Shown here: positions 51,015 through 58,629 of the stretch, one piece after another
Position numbering within the stretch: position 1 is the first letter of the stretch
Layout of the letters: each line of letters starts with the position of its first letter
From: Halieaceae bacterium
GTDB lineage: Bacteria; Pseudomonadota; Gammaproteobacteria; Pseudomonadales; Halieaceae
Reading direction: 5' to 3'
DNA length: 58,629 bases
Assembly: GCA_029247075.1 (NCBI GenBank)
Contig: JAQWLX010000012.1
Location: 1 to 58,629 of the forward strand
Notes under the pieces: model-generated
What the model was told of the DNA's origin: nothing
What the model saw: only the letters and a program-made list of their open reading frames with translations
Database searches by the model: none
Made by a program: the position numbers and the translations under genes

Positions 51015-53888
51015 ATGCCAATTGTTTTAGTAATTTTGCAATATAGGGCGATCAAAGCTGGATTGTTTGCTCTATTAATGGTGTTTGCTAATTGCAATCT
51101 AGCGGCTGATTGTACTTTGGATATCCTACTAACATCTCAAGCTGAGATAGATGACTTTACTTGTGATGCAGGAGGTACGGTCGTTTCCGGGAATCTGGCT
51201 ATCGATGATGTGGTTGAATATGAAATACAAAATGTAAACGGACTTTCAGAATTAACTCGCGTGGATGGAGATTTTATTCTACGCAATAACAATGGTCTGC
51301 GTACTATTGAAAGCCTAGTCGGCATCCTTGAAGTTGGTGGAGACTTGATTATCGAAGATCATCTACAGCTGCGGAATATTGATGGATTGTCTGGTTTAAC
51401 TACAATCGGTAATGCTCTTGTCTTGCGCACCAACTATGGACTCCAAAATATAAATGGGCTTTCATCTCTAATTAGCATTGGAAATGATTTAATCATCCAA
51501 GAAAATGATGTTCTCCAAAATGTCAATGGACTGAATTTGATTGAAACCATCGTCGCCGATTTGGTTATAAGAGACAATTCTTTGCTTGATAATGTAGATG
51601 GACTGGAGGCTTTAACTAGTATCGGTAGAGATTTTATTTTTCGTAACAATCCAGCTCCCGATAATCTGGCTGGATTATCTGCTCTCGAAACTGTTGGTAG
51701 AGATTTTATCATTCTAGATAATTATAAGCTGAACAACTTAGATGGTCTTTCCTCTCTAAAATCTATAATTAGGAATTTAGACATACAATTTAATCCTGCC
51801 CTAGCTAACTTCGATGGCCTCTTAGCACTGGAAAATATCGGTCAAGATTTGATTATTATTAGAAACCAAGCGCTTGAGAAATTGGATGGTTTAGTAGCTC
51901 TAACTACTATCGGTAGAGATTTAGTTATTAAAAATAATGAAATTCTTAAAAGTCTTGTAGGTGTTAATGCGTTAACGTCGATAGGCGGTGATTTTTCCCT
52001 GCTAGAATTCCCAGATATTGTTGGCTTATCTTCTCTTTCGTCGATAGGTGGAAATTTTTATATTTTTGACAATCCTAAGCTTACTGATATTGATGAACTT
52101 TCATCACTTTCTTCCATTGGCGGTGATTTATATATTTATGCGAATCCTAAATTGAAAAATGTTGATGGATTGGCTGCACTATCTTCTGTGGGTGGAAATG
52201 TTCATATTTATGACAATGACGAACTGACAAATTTAGGTAATAGGAATGGAGAAACTTTGGCTCAAAATAATGGTTTATCAGGTCTCGAAACCATTGCCGG
52301 CGATCTTCATGTTTACAACAATTATGCTTTGAATAGTTGCGGTGGCCTGGCACCTGTTTTGGGATTTCCTTCCTTACCACCTCAAGTAGCCGGTGATGTA
52401 AGAATTGGGATCGAAGGGGGTCTTGTAGGAAACGGTTTTGGAGTATATGGATCAAATTCTATAGATCAATGTTTTTCTCGTTGGGCTGTCCATTGTGCAG
52501 ACAGCAATATAAAGCTAGACAAACAGGCTGAAATTGATGCCTTCCAGGCTAATTATGGAGCGTGTGAGCGAATTTCTGACACATTGTGGGTAATCGGGAA
52601 TGACGTCACAGATTTATCCGGATTATCGAATATAACTAGTGTGGGAGGAGACTTAATTATTGGCAATAGTCTGCTTCTTAATGACCTAACTGCATTAAAT
52701 ATTAATAGAGTAGGTGGTGGATTAACTATCCAAAGTAATCAGTCTTTATCTAGTTTAGAAGGACTTGAGGAAGTAGTCAGTGTTAAAAAGGGTTTACGTA
52801 TCTATAACAATATAAGGCTTACGAATGTAAATGGGCTCTCCAACCTTGTTTTAGTCGGCGGCTATCTAAGCATTCTTTCTAATGACACTATCAAAGATCT
52901 TAGCGGATTCGGGTCACTTGTCAGTATCGGTGGTGACTTGAATATAGAAAGCAATGGCATTTCTCTTTCTAATTTAAATGGCTTTGAAAGTTTAATACAG
53001 GTAAATGGTGGGATTAATATTGAAAGTAATTTTGGCCTGCAAAATATTGACGGATTGAGTAATGTTAGTTTTGCGGGAGATTATGTGGCCGTTTTGAATA
53101 ATCTTCTGTTGACCGATGTGGATGGTTTGTCAGGGCTGGCCCACGTTCCAAATTACCTTAGTCTTCAACGAAATCCATCACTTACCGATATTACAGCTTT
53201 ATTGGGTTTGATTACTGTTGGACAAAATAACGCCGAGGAAAATGTCAAAACCAGGTTAGAAAGAACCCTAGATAGATCAACGAATTCAATTAGCGGACTT
53301 TATGTCAAAGACAATGAAAAGCTGTCAGAATGTGAGAGTCTGTCGCTCTTGCTTGGGGCTCCACAAGGTCCTCCACACGACTCAGTACGCGGCATTATCG
53401 ACATAGAATCAAACCAGTTGGGATGCAGTTCTATGGAGGAAGTGTTGGATTTTTCTAACTATGTAGAGCGAGAAAACCTCAATCATGCCTCAACTTGTAA
53501 AGCAGAATCCCCTAGAGAAAGTTTTAAGTTACTATCGCAAGAAGGTGGCGTCTTAAATACCGAAATAAACCGTTCTATTAATATTATTTGTCCTATAGCC
53601 AGAGCATCATTATCATCTCCCTTTATAGACACAGAAGTTTTTGCCGTAAAATTGAGGGCGAAAAATCATAGCTCTAAAACCAGTTCTCTTAACTGTGAAT
53701 ATAACGAATATGTGGCTCGCTCTAAGATTAATGGGGTTGCAAATGAGCTGGACTTTCAGCCGTCTCAGATAAAGGAAGCTTTTTGGAGATTTCTTAAGCC
53801 TTCGTCTTCATTAAGCAGTTTTAGTGTTACCTGCCTATTACCAGCGCAAATTAGTATCGTTTCGCTGAAGACGTTTTTTGCTTATTGA
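51015..53888 (+). CDS. large secreted protein built from two arrays of 24-residue receptor-L-domain/LRR-like repeats
   Basis: 957 aa. N-terminal hydrophobic signal. Repeated unit N(L/V)DGLSxLxxIGxDLxIxxNxxLx. Each array is preceded by QAEIDxF and closed by a Cys-containing LxxCxxL..LG.P segment. Confidence 0.8.
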   Translation: MPIVLVILQYRAIKAGLFALLMVFANCNLAADCTLDILLTSQAEIDDFTCDAGGTVVSGNLAIDDVVEYEIQNVNGLSELTRVDGDFILRNNNGLRTIESLVGILEVGGDLIIEDHLQLRNIDGLSGLTTIGNALVLRTNYGLQNINGLSSLISIGNDLIIQENDVLQNVNGLNLIETIVADLVIRDNSLLDNVDGLEALTSIGRDFIFRNNPAPDNLAGLSALETVGRDFIILDNYKLNNLDGLSSLKSIIRNLDIQFNPALANFDGLLALENIGQDLIIIRNQALEKLDGLVALTTIGRDLVIKNNEILKSLVGVNALTSIGGDFSLLEFPDIVGLSSLSSIGGNFYIFDNPKLTDIDELSSLSSIGGDLYIYANPKLKNVDGLAALSSVGGNVHIYDNDELTNLGNRNGETLAQNNGLSGLETIAGDLHVYNNYALNSCGGLAPVLGFPSLPPQVAGDVRIGIEGGLVGNGFGVYGSNSIDQCFSRWAVHCADSNIKLDKQAEIDAFQANYGACERISDTLWVIGNDVTDLSGLSNITSVGGDLIIGNSLLLNDLTALNINRVGGGLTIQSNQSLSSLEGLEEVVSVKKGLRIYNNIRLTNVNGLSNLVLVGGYLSILSNDTIKDLSGFGSLVSIGGDLNIESNGISLSNLNGFESLIQVNGGINIESNFGLQNIDGLSNVSFAGDYVAVLNNLLLTDVDGLSGLAHVPNYLSLQRNPSLTDITALLGLITVGQNNAEENVKTRLERTLDRSTNSISGLYVKDNEKLSECESLSLLLGAPQGPPHDSVRGIIDIESNQLGCSSMEEVLDFSNYVERENLNHASTCKAESPRESFKLLSQEGGVLNTEINRSINIICPIARASLSSPFIDTEVFAVKLRAKNHSSKTSSLNCEYNEYVARSKINGVANELDFQPSQIKEAFWRFLKPSSSLSSFSVTCLLPAQISIVSLKTFFAY
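51225..53220 (+). repeat. in-frame tandem 72-nt (24-codon) degenerate repeats within the 957-aa gene (approximate bounds)
   Basis: By my count there are ~15 units in array 1 (approx 51225-52335) and ~9-10 units in array 2 (approx 52611-53220). They are divergent at the nucleotide level, so they are protein repeats, not CRISPR. Confidence 0.7.
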
Positions 53889-54185
53889 TAAGAGGTTAGT
53901 CTTTGGAGAGATAAAGCCTCAACTGTTTTTTATTTATAATTAATATTTTAACGATCAAAACTATAGTGCATCTTAGTGATGGGCTTCCCATGCCGTTAAT
54001 TTTCAATACTCTGTTACGATTTGTAGAAAAAAATAAAAGACGGTTTTTTTGCAGGCGCTTAATACCCTCTAGGATGAGGATTATGTTAGCTGTTGGATTA
54101 AAAAAACTGGTAATATAAATTGCAGAATCGGTTCTTATTTGTGTTCGGGCAGTTTTTTAATTCACGGCTTCTCTGGTATTGAAGA

Positions 54186-54629
54186 TTGGAATCTACGTTA
54201 ATAAAAGGATCCTGGAGTCAGGAGGAAATTGATACCTTCCTTAGGGATAGTGTAATCCCTGCCAGACTTGCATGTATCGGATCAGACGGATTCCCTAGAG
54301 TAGTTTCATTATGGTTTACCTATATGCGCTCTCGCCTTTTATGTGTTGCTCACCGATCTTCCGATACGATTAAGATACTAGAAAGAAATAACAAGGTAGG
54401 TTTTGAGGTGGCACCCAACGACCCGCCTTATTATGGAGTCAGAGGTCAGGGAAAAGTAGAGTTAGCTAGCTTGGGAGATCCAGAAATTCTCGAAACCTTA
54501 ATTACCCGTTATCTGGGCAGCGCGCGTTCTTCGTTAGCTGAATGGCTTCTCGGAAGAGTCGATGATGAGGTTTTAATTACAATAAAACCGCTGAGATTAT
54601 TTTCTTGGGATTATCGTCACCGAATGTGA
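54186..54629 (+). CDS. pyridoxamine 5'-phosphate oxidase (PNPOx)-family FMN-binding protein
   Basis: 147 aa, TTG start. FPRVVSLWFTY...NNKVGFEV...YYGVRGQGKVEL fits the PNPOx-like split barrel pattern. Confidence 0.55.
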   Translation: MESTLIKGSWSQEEIDTFLRDSVIPARLACIGSDGFPRVVSLWFTYMRSRLLCVAHRSSDTIKILERNNKVGFEVAPNDPPYYGVRGQGKVELASLGDPEILETLITRYLGSARSSLAEWLLGRVDDEVLITIKPLRLFSWDYRHRM

Positions 54630-54702
54630 GGTTTTTATTTTCAGGGCTTACAACGTTTCAATCACTCATCGAATTAAGTATTTAAATAGAGGTCAGGTCA
54701 TA

Positions 54703-55178
54703 ATGCGATTTTTTTAATTTATATATTTTTTCTCTTACTTCCTGCAGTTAGTCACGCGAATTCTGAAACTGAATTTGTGGGTAAAAATCCTATTATTTTG
54801 ATAGCTCGAATTTTCGTAAAACCAGGCCTCGTCGAAGAATACTTGGAAATTGCGGAGGAAGTAGATAATGAGACTCAAAAGTAGGAACTGGGTATGATTT
54901 TTCATAATTTCGATTCAGATCCAGATAATGAACTAGCGTTTACATGGAGTGAGATATATCTAAATAGTGAAGCTCTTATTTTTCATCTCAATGCAGCTCA
55001 TGCTCAGGACTATATTAAAAAACACGGCCAGCTTGCAAATAGTTTTGAAATAGAAATTTATGGAAATCTATCGTTGGAGGCTATTCGATCAGTTAAAAAT
55101 CTTGGATTGCCTTTTAAGCATTTTAAAACAACCAGAGTAGGTTATGTTAGGGGCGAATACTTTAAAAATTTGAATTAA
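54703..55178 (+). pseudogene. disrupted ABM (antibiotic biosynthesis monooxygenase)-like gene with signal peptide
   Basis: ATG 54703 runs into a T7 tract (54709-54715) and stops. The shifted frame reads FLIYIFFLLLPAVSHANSETEFVGKNPIILIARIFVKPGLVEEYLEIAEEVDNETQK, then an in-frame TAG (54882-84), then ELGMIFHNFDSDPDNELAFTWSEIY... (track ORF 54894-55178). Confidence 0.5.
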
Positions 55179-55193
55179 GAGACGTTGAGAATT

Positions 55194-55400
55194 TTAGTCT
55201 TTAAATTCCACATCTTTCTTGGATGAAACGTTCCTCTCATTCGAGTCGTGTTCCACTTTTTTATAAGAGAAAAATTTACTCCATTTTATCCTGTTATCTC
55301 GATTAGTTTGCTTAGAAGAAGCCTTGAACCGCATCAAGAAAAAGAAAATAAATGCGGAAAATATACCTAGAGCGGCGAAAAAAAAAGTTGATATTGACAT
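55194..55400 (-). CDS. small membrane protein, unknown function
   Basis: 68 aa with an N-terminal TM (FFFAALGIFSAFIFFFLM). It starts 8 nt after the stop of the upstream BI-1-like gene. Confidence 0.35.
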   Translation of the reverse strand: MSISTFFFAALGIFSAFIFFFLMRFKASSKQTNRDNRIKWSKFFSYKKVEHDSNERNVSSKKDVEFKD

Positions 55401-55407
55401 GCTATCG

Positions 55408-56199
55408 CTATCGACTGCGTAATTTCATGAGAAGTCTTAGTATTTCTACATACAACCAGATTAGTGTCGCTACAAGCGCCATTGCTCCAAACCATTCTAT
55501 AAACTTTGGGGCTCCCTGCTCATGTGCCTGCTCAATAATATCGAAGTCTAGAACTAAATTTAGAGCTGCAAGGGCTACGACAAACAGACTAAATAATATT
55601 GCTGACGTTCCATTTCCGGAGATAAAGGAAAATGAGGATCCAGTAAATGCCGCATAAGCGAAGTTAAACAAATAGGTTAGGAAAATTCCCATTGTTGCGG
55701 AAAATACAATTAATAGAAAGTTTTGATTGGGCCTAATCACACCAGTTTTATAGGCAAATAGCAGTGAGGCCGCCACAAAGAACGTTAGAGATACTGCCTG
55801 AATGACTATCCCCGGAAACATGGTCTCTGCTTGCTGCGACAGGAGCCCTATCCCAAAACCCATACCCAGTGCGTATATTGGAGCTGTTTTAGGTGCCAAA
55901 TGTGGCCTTGGATTGATAATCCATCCAATAAAGAAAAAATAAAATCCGAACGTTGCGATGCCAGCGATGGCTGCGGATAGCATTCCAAGAACGGAAAGTG
56001 TCGATACCAATGGCCCTTGGAAATTCCAGCTCACGGTCGCCGTGAGCACGGTAAGAAAAAGTAAGATCCCTGTTTTATCGACAGTCCCCTGTAGGGTCAT
56101 TCTCTCATCGGTACTTGAGGCTCTGGTGGAAAATGCATTTGACCTAATTATTGGATTGCCCGACCTGCCGAAAGTATCTAACGCAGCATGTTTTGACAT
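55408..56199 (-). CDS. Bax inhibitor-1/YccA-family integral membrane protein
   Basis: 263 aa, ~7 TM helices. N-terminus GRSGNPIIRSNAFS and C-terminus LVATLIWLYVEILRLLMKL resemble the BI-1/YccA-like family. Confidence 0.6.
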   Translation of the reverse strand: MSKHAALDTFGRSGNPIIRSNAFSTRASSTDERMTLQGTVDKTGILLFLTVLTATVSWNFQGPLVSTLSVLGMLSAAIAGIATFGFYFFFIGWIINPRPHLAPKTAPIYALGMGFGIGLLSQQAETMFPGIVIQAVSLTFFVAASLLFAYKTGVIRPNQNFLLIVFSATMGIFLTYLFNFAYAAFTGSSFSFISGNGTSAILFSLFVVALAALNLVLDFDIIEQAHEQGAPKFIEWFGAMALVATLIWLYVEILRLLMKLRSR

Positions 56200-56263
56200 A
56201 ATACTAATTCCTCCTAAAACGTACTTTATCGCTGACGAATGAAAGTAAGTTATCTACTATTCT

Positions 56264-56446
56264 TTAATCGTGGTCTCCATATTTGCCTCTGTGAAGCGGC
56301 TTGGAATACTCTTGTCCGCCGCATTCCCAACTCTTACCAAGGCAGGCGCCTGTTAAATCGTTCATAGATATACCAAACATGGGTGTTAAAATAAGTACCC
56401 ATAGAAAAAAGCCTATTGCGGCCACTATTAACCCTTCGTGTTTCAT
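56264..56446 (-). CDS. small membrane protein, unknown function
   Basis: 60 aa with one TM (LIVAAIGFFLWVLILTPMF) and a Cys-containing tail. Confidence 0.3.
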   Translation of the reverse strand: MKHEGLIVAAIGFFLWVLILTPMFGISMNDLTGACLGKSWECGGQEYSKPLHRGKYGDHD

Positions 56447-57501
56447 TGAACCTTCCTTTTCCCGATTACTAATTTAAAAGTTTCGTGTCGGCTTGCTTAA
56501 ATTTTTACTTGAGCCAATTTTCTACTATAAATACTTAATAAACTTTCTTGTAACTTACGTACCTTATATATCAAGCGGATCTCTATCAGAAAATTCTCAT
56601 TACTCGTATTCGCAAGCCCAGAACTTTTTCTAAATTTACTAAAACTTACCTACCATTCAAGGATTATTTCAAAATTAAATTGCAGTTTTTACTTGTTTAT
56701 TCCTCTGTATACTCTCTTGTCATGATTCTCTGCTCTTCCCAAAGCGAGAACCAGTCATAAATAATAAGCGTTAAAATTCCTAGGGTGGTAATTAGGATCA
56801 GGCTTTTTTTTATATTCGACACTATTTGATTGGATTCTTTCATGAGTAGCGAGTATTTTGAATATAGATATATCCAGCCTTACTAAAGGGAGCAGAGTTT
56901 AATTTACCTTGCCTGAATTAGGAAGCAATGCGATCAATATTTACCCAAAAATGTATAAAAGGTTATGAGTAAACTTAATGCAAAAGTATGTCGACAACTA
57001 TGGGAACGAAAACTATTTAGATGAGATCGTGACATTACCCATTGATAATCACAGGCAAGATACCCAGAGTGAGGAGCCTTGGCGGCGGCTATTCCAAGTA
57101 TATTCTGGTTTGAACTCTTCCCACGCAAAGAAATTATGATATGGGCTAATAAAGAGATATAGAGCATTGGATGGAGAGAAATCCAATTGAATCTCCAAAA
57201 AGGTGGGATCTTGAGGCGAATGAGTGGAAAAAAGAGCAAGAAGCGAGAATTAAAAAGCGTCAAGAACTTGACGGACTTATTGCTATTGAAGATAAATCAG
57301 CAATCGCCAACTTTTGTAGAAAAAACGGCGTTTGGTATAGCACCAAAAAGCTTATTGGAGATTAGTGAAATTTGTGGGAAGGCGTCGAAGCTAACTTTAG
57401 GAGCTATGATAGTACCCTGTAACCGGTTAAATGAGGTTTTAGGTTTATCTGAATCTGTCTACCGTAGGGAAACGTATTAAGTAGCAAAGAAATTTTTATT
57501 A

Positions 57502-58629
57502 ATGACTGACCCAGATTATAGTTCAACCTACAAGCGATTTGTTCTCGCTATGCTTACTATAGTCTACGCACTTAATTTTATTGATCGTCAAATCTTAGTC
57601 ATCCTACAAGAATCTATTAAAGCGGACATGGGCTTCTCTGATGTTCAGCTTGGGTTGTTGAGTGGATTTTCTTTCGCACTGGTTTATGTAATCGCTGGAA
57701 TTCCAATTGCTTATCTTGCCGACCGCAGCAACAGGAGAAATATTATAACCGTGGCGCTTTCAGTGTGGAGTGGTATGACAGTACTTTCAGGGTTTGCTCA
57801 GAACTATGCGCATCTTTTAATTGCTCGTATTGGTGTTGGTTTGGGAGAGGCAGGAGGTAGTCCTCCAGCCCACTCGATGATCAGTGATTACTATCCGCCA
57901 GAGCGTCGAGGGACTGCATTATCAATCTATTCTGCAGGTGTTTACATCGGCATCTTATTTGGCTTCTTGTTTGGCGGAGCTATAGCAGAGCACTATGGCT
58001 GGCGATCAGCATTTTTTATCATGGGAATTCCAGGTATTTTATTCGCGCTGATTTTTAAAATAACTGTCAGAGAACCCGTTAGGGGAAGGTGGGAGACAGA
58101 TACGGATCAAGATAATCCATCACTTAAGGAGACGATTTCAACACTGCGTCGATTGCCCACATTTTGGTATCTTGCGATGGGGTCAGCACTCTCTGCATTT
58201 GTTGGCTATGGTAATGGTAACTTTTTTCCTTCTTTTTTGATTCGCAATCACGGAATGACACTGACCGAGGTCGGAATGACCTTAGCAATAACGGCAGGTG
58301 TTATGGGTGCGATAGGAAGCTACCTAGGTGGTTATCTTGCTGATCTCTTGGGTAAGGAAGACAAGCGCTGGTATATATGGGTCCCGCTAATTGGTGGCAT
58401 GCTCGGCTTTTTCCCGAGTTTCTATATCCTTCTCGCTGACGACACTCGGAACGTATTAATTTGCGTGGCCTTTGTAAATTTAGTGACGACAACATATCTT
58501 GGGCCAGTACTAGCTATCTCCCACTCCATGGTTCCTGCGGGTATGCGGGCACTCACTTCGGCAATTCTCTTCTTTATTCTGAACATCATTGGTTTGGGTT
58601 TGGGGCCGCTTACGACCGGACTCCTAAGC
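57502..58629 (+). CDS. MFS transporter (3' end outside the window)
   Basis: Open frame from ATG 57502 to the window end (376 codons). YALNFIDRQILVILQESIKADMGFSDVQLGLLSGFSFALVY and ARIGVGLGEAGGSPPAHSMISDYYPPERRG are typical MFS motifs. Confidence 0.85.
   Translation, partial: MTDPDYSSTYKRFVLAMLTIVYALNFIDRQILVILQESIKADMGFSDVQLGLLSGFSFALVYVIAGIPIAYLADRSNRRNIITVALSVWSGMTVLSGFAQNYAHLLIARIGVGLGEAGGSPPAHSMISDYYPPERRGTALSIYSAGVYIGILFGFLFGGAIAEHYGWRSAFFIMGIPGILFALIFKITVREPVRGRWETDTDQDNPSLKETISTLRRLPTFWYLAMGSALSAFVGYGNGNFFPSFLIRNHGMTLTEVGMTLAITAGVMGAIGSYLGGYLADLLGKEDKRWYIWVPLIGGMLGFFPSFYILLADDTRNVLICVAFVNLVTTTYLGPVLAISHSMVPAGMRALTSAILFFILNIIGLGLGPLTTGLLS

Noticed and set aside
51225-53220. A regular ~72-nt periodicity that might be mistaken for a CRISPR or satellite array.
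   Set aside because: The repeats are in frame inside one long ORF, divergent at the DNA level and lack unique spacers. They are protein-coding structural repeats.
56934-57480. Three mutually overlapping ORFs (109 aa minus; 64 aa and 97 aa plus) between the small membrane protein and the MFS gene.
   Set aside because: They have no motifs, they conflict with each other in frame, and the region is AT-rich. I cannot support any of them, although a small gene (for example 57171-57365) cannot be excluded.
1-58629. I looked for mobile elements, integrases, toxin-antitoxin or defence genes, tRNA/rRNA genes and CRISPR arrays.
   Set aside because: None were recognisable by eye: no transposase or integrase motifs, no tRNA-like GTTCGAATC arms in intergenic DNA and no direct-repeat/spacer arrays. 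Their absence is stated only within the limits of manual inspection.

Overview
Nucleotides 1-48759 hold a nearly complete polar-flagellum gene cluster of the sigma54/sigma28-regulated, FlhF/FlhG-containing type, which looks gammaproteobacterial. On the + strand are the flagellin 3' end, flaG, fliS, two sigma54 enhancer-binding proteins (EBPs), fliEFGHIJ and fliKLMNOPQR-flhB. On the - strand are flhA-flhF-flhG-fliA. A flgP-like operon follows on the + strand, then flgN-flgM and flgA on the - strand, then flgBCDEFGHIJKL-fliD on the + strand. I could read four TGGCAY-N5-TTGCW sigma54 promoters and four identically spaced TAAAG-N14-GTCGATT sigma28-type promoters. I saw no mot or che genes, no sensor kinase, and no tRNA, rRNA, CRISPR, transposase or integrase. 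Several embedded genes are not part of the textbook flagellar set. (1) A three-gene module is translationally coupled to flhB at 20069-22870: a degenerate P-loop/TM/SPOR protein, a small acidic protein and a single-pass coiled-coil protein. This is my best candidate for an undescribed accessory system, and it is notable because FlgJ here lacks its peptidoglycan-hydrolase domain. (2) A ClC channel that appears to lack both transport glutamates is coupled to a Sel1-repeat (MotX-like?) protein in the slot where fliD normally sits. (3) A sigma28-driven operon encodes a non-lipidated FlgP-like protein, a 385-aa secreted protein, a FimV-type LysM protein, a second FliK-like protein and a stand-alone FlhB C-terminal-domain protein. 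(4) Two unknown genes are coupled downstream of fliA. FlgE (982 aa) and FlgK (993 aa) are very large, and FlgL and FliD share a gapless 82-residue module. The last ~10 kb is non-flagellar: a Kv-type K+ channel, small secreted proteins, a 957-aa protein of 24-residue receptor-L-domain-like repeats, a PNPOx-family protein, a disrupted ABM-like gene, a BI-1/YccA-like protein and a partial MFS transporter. All homology statements come from by-eye motif recognition; no database search or computation beyond hand counting was possible.
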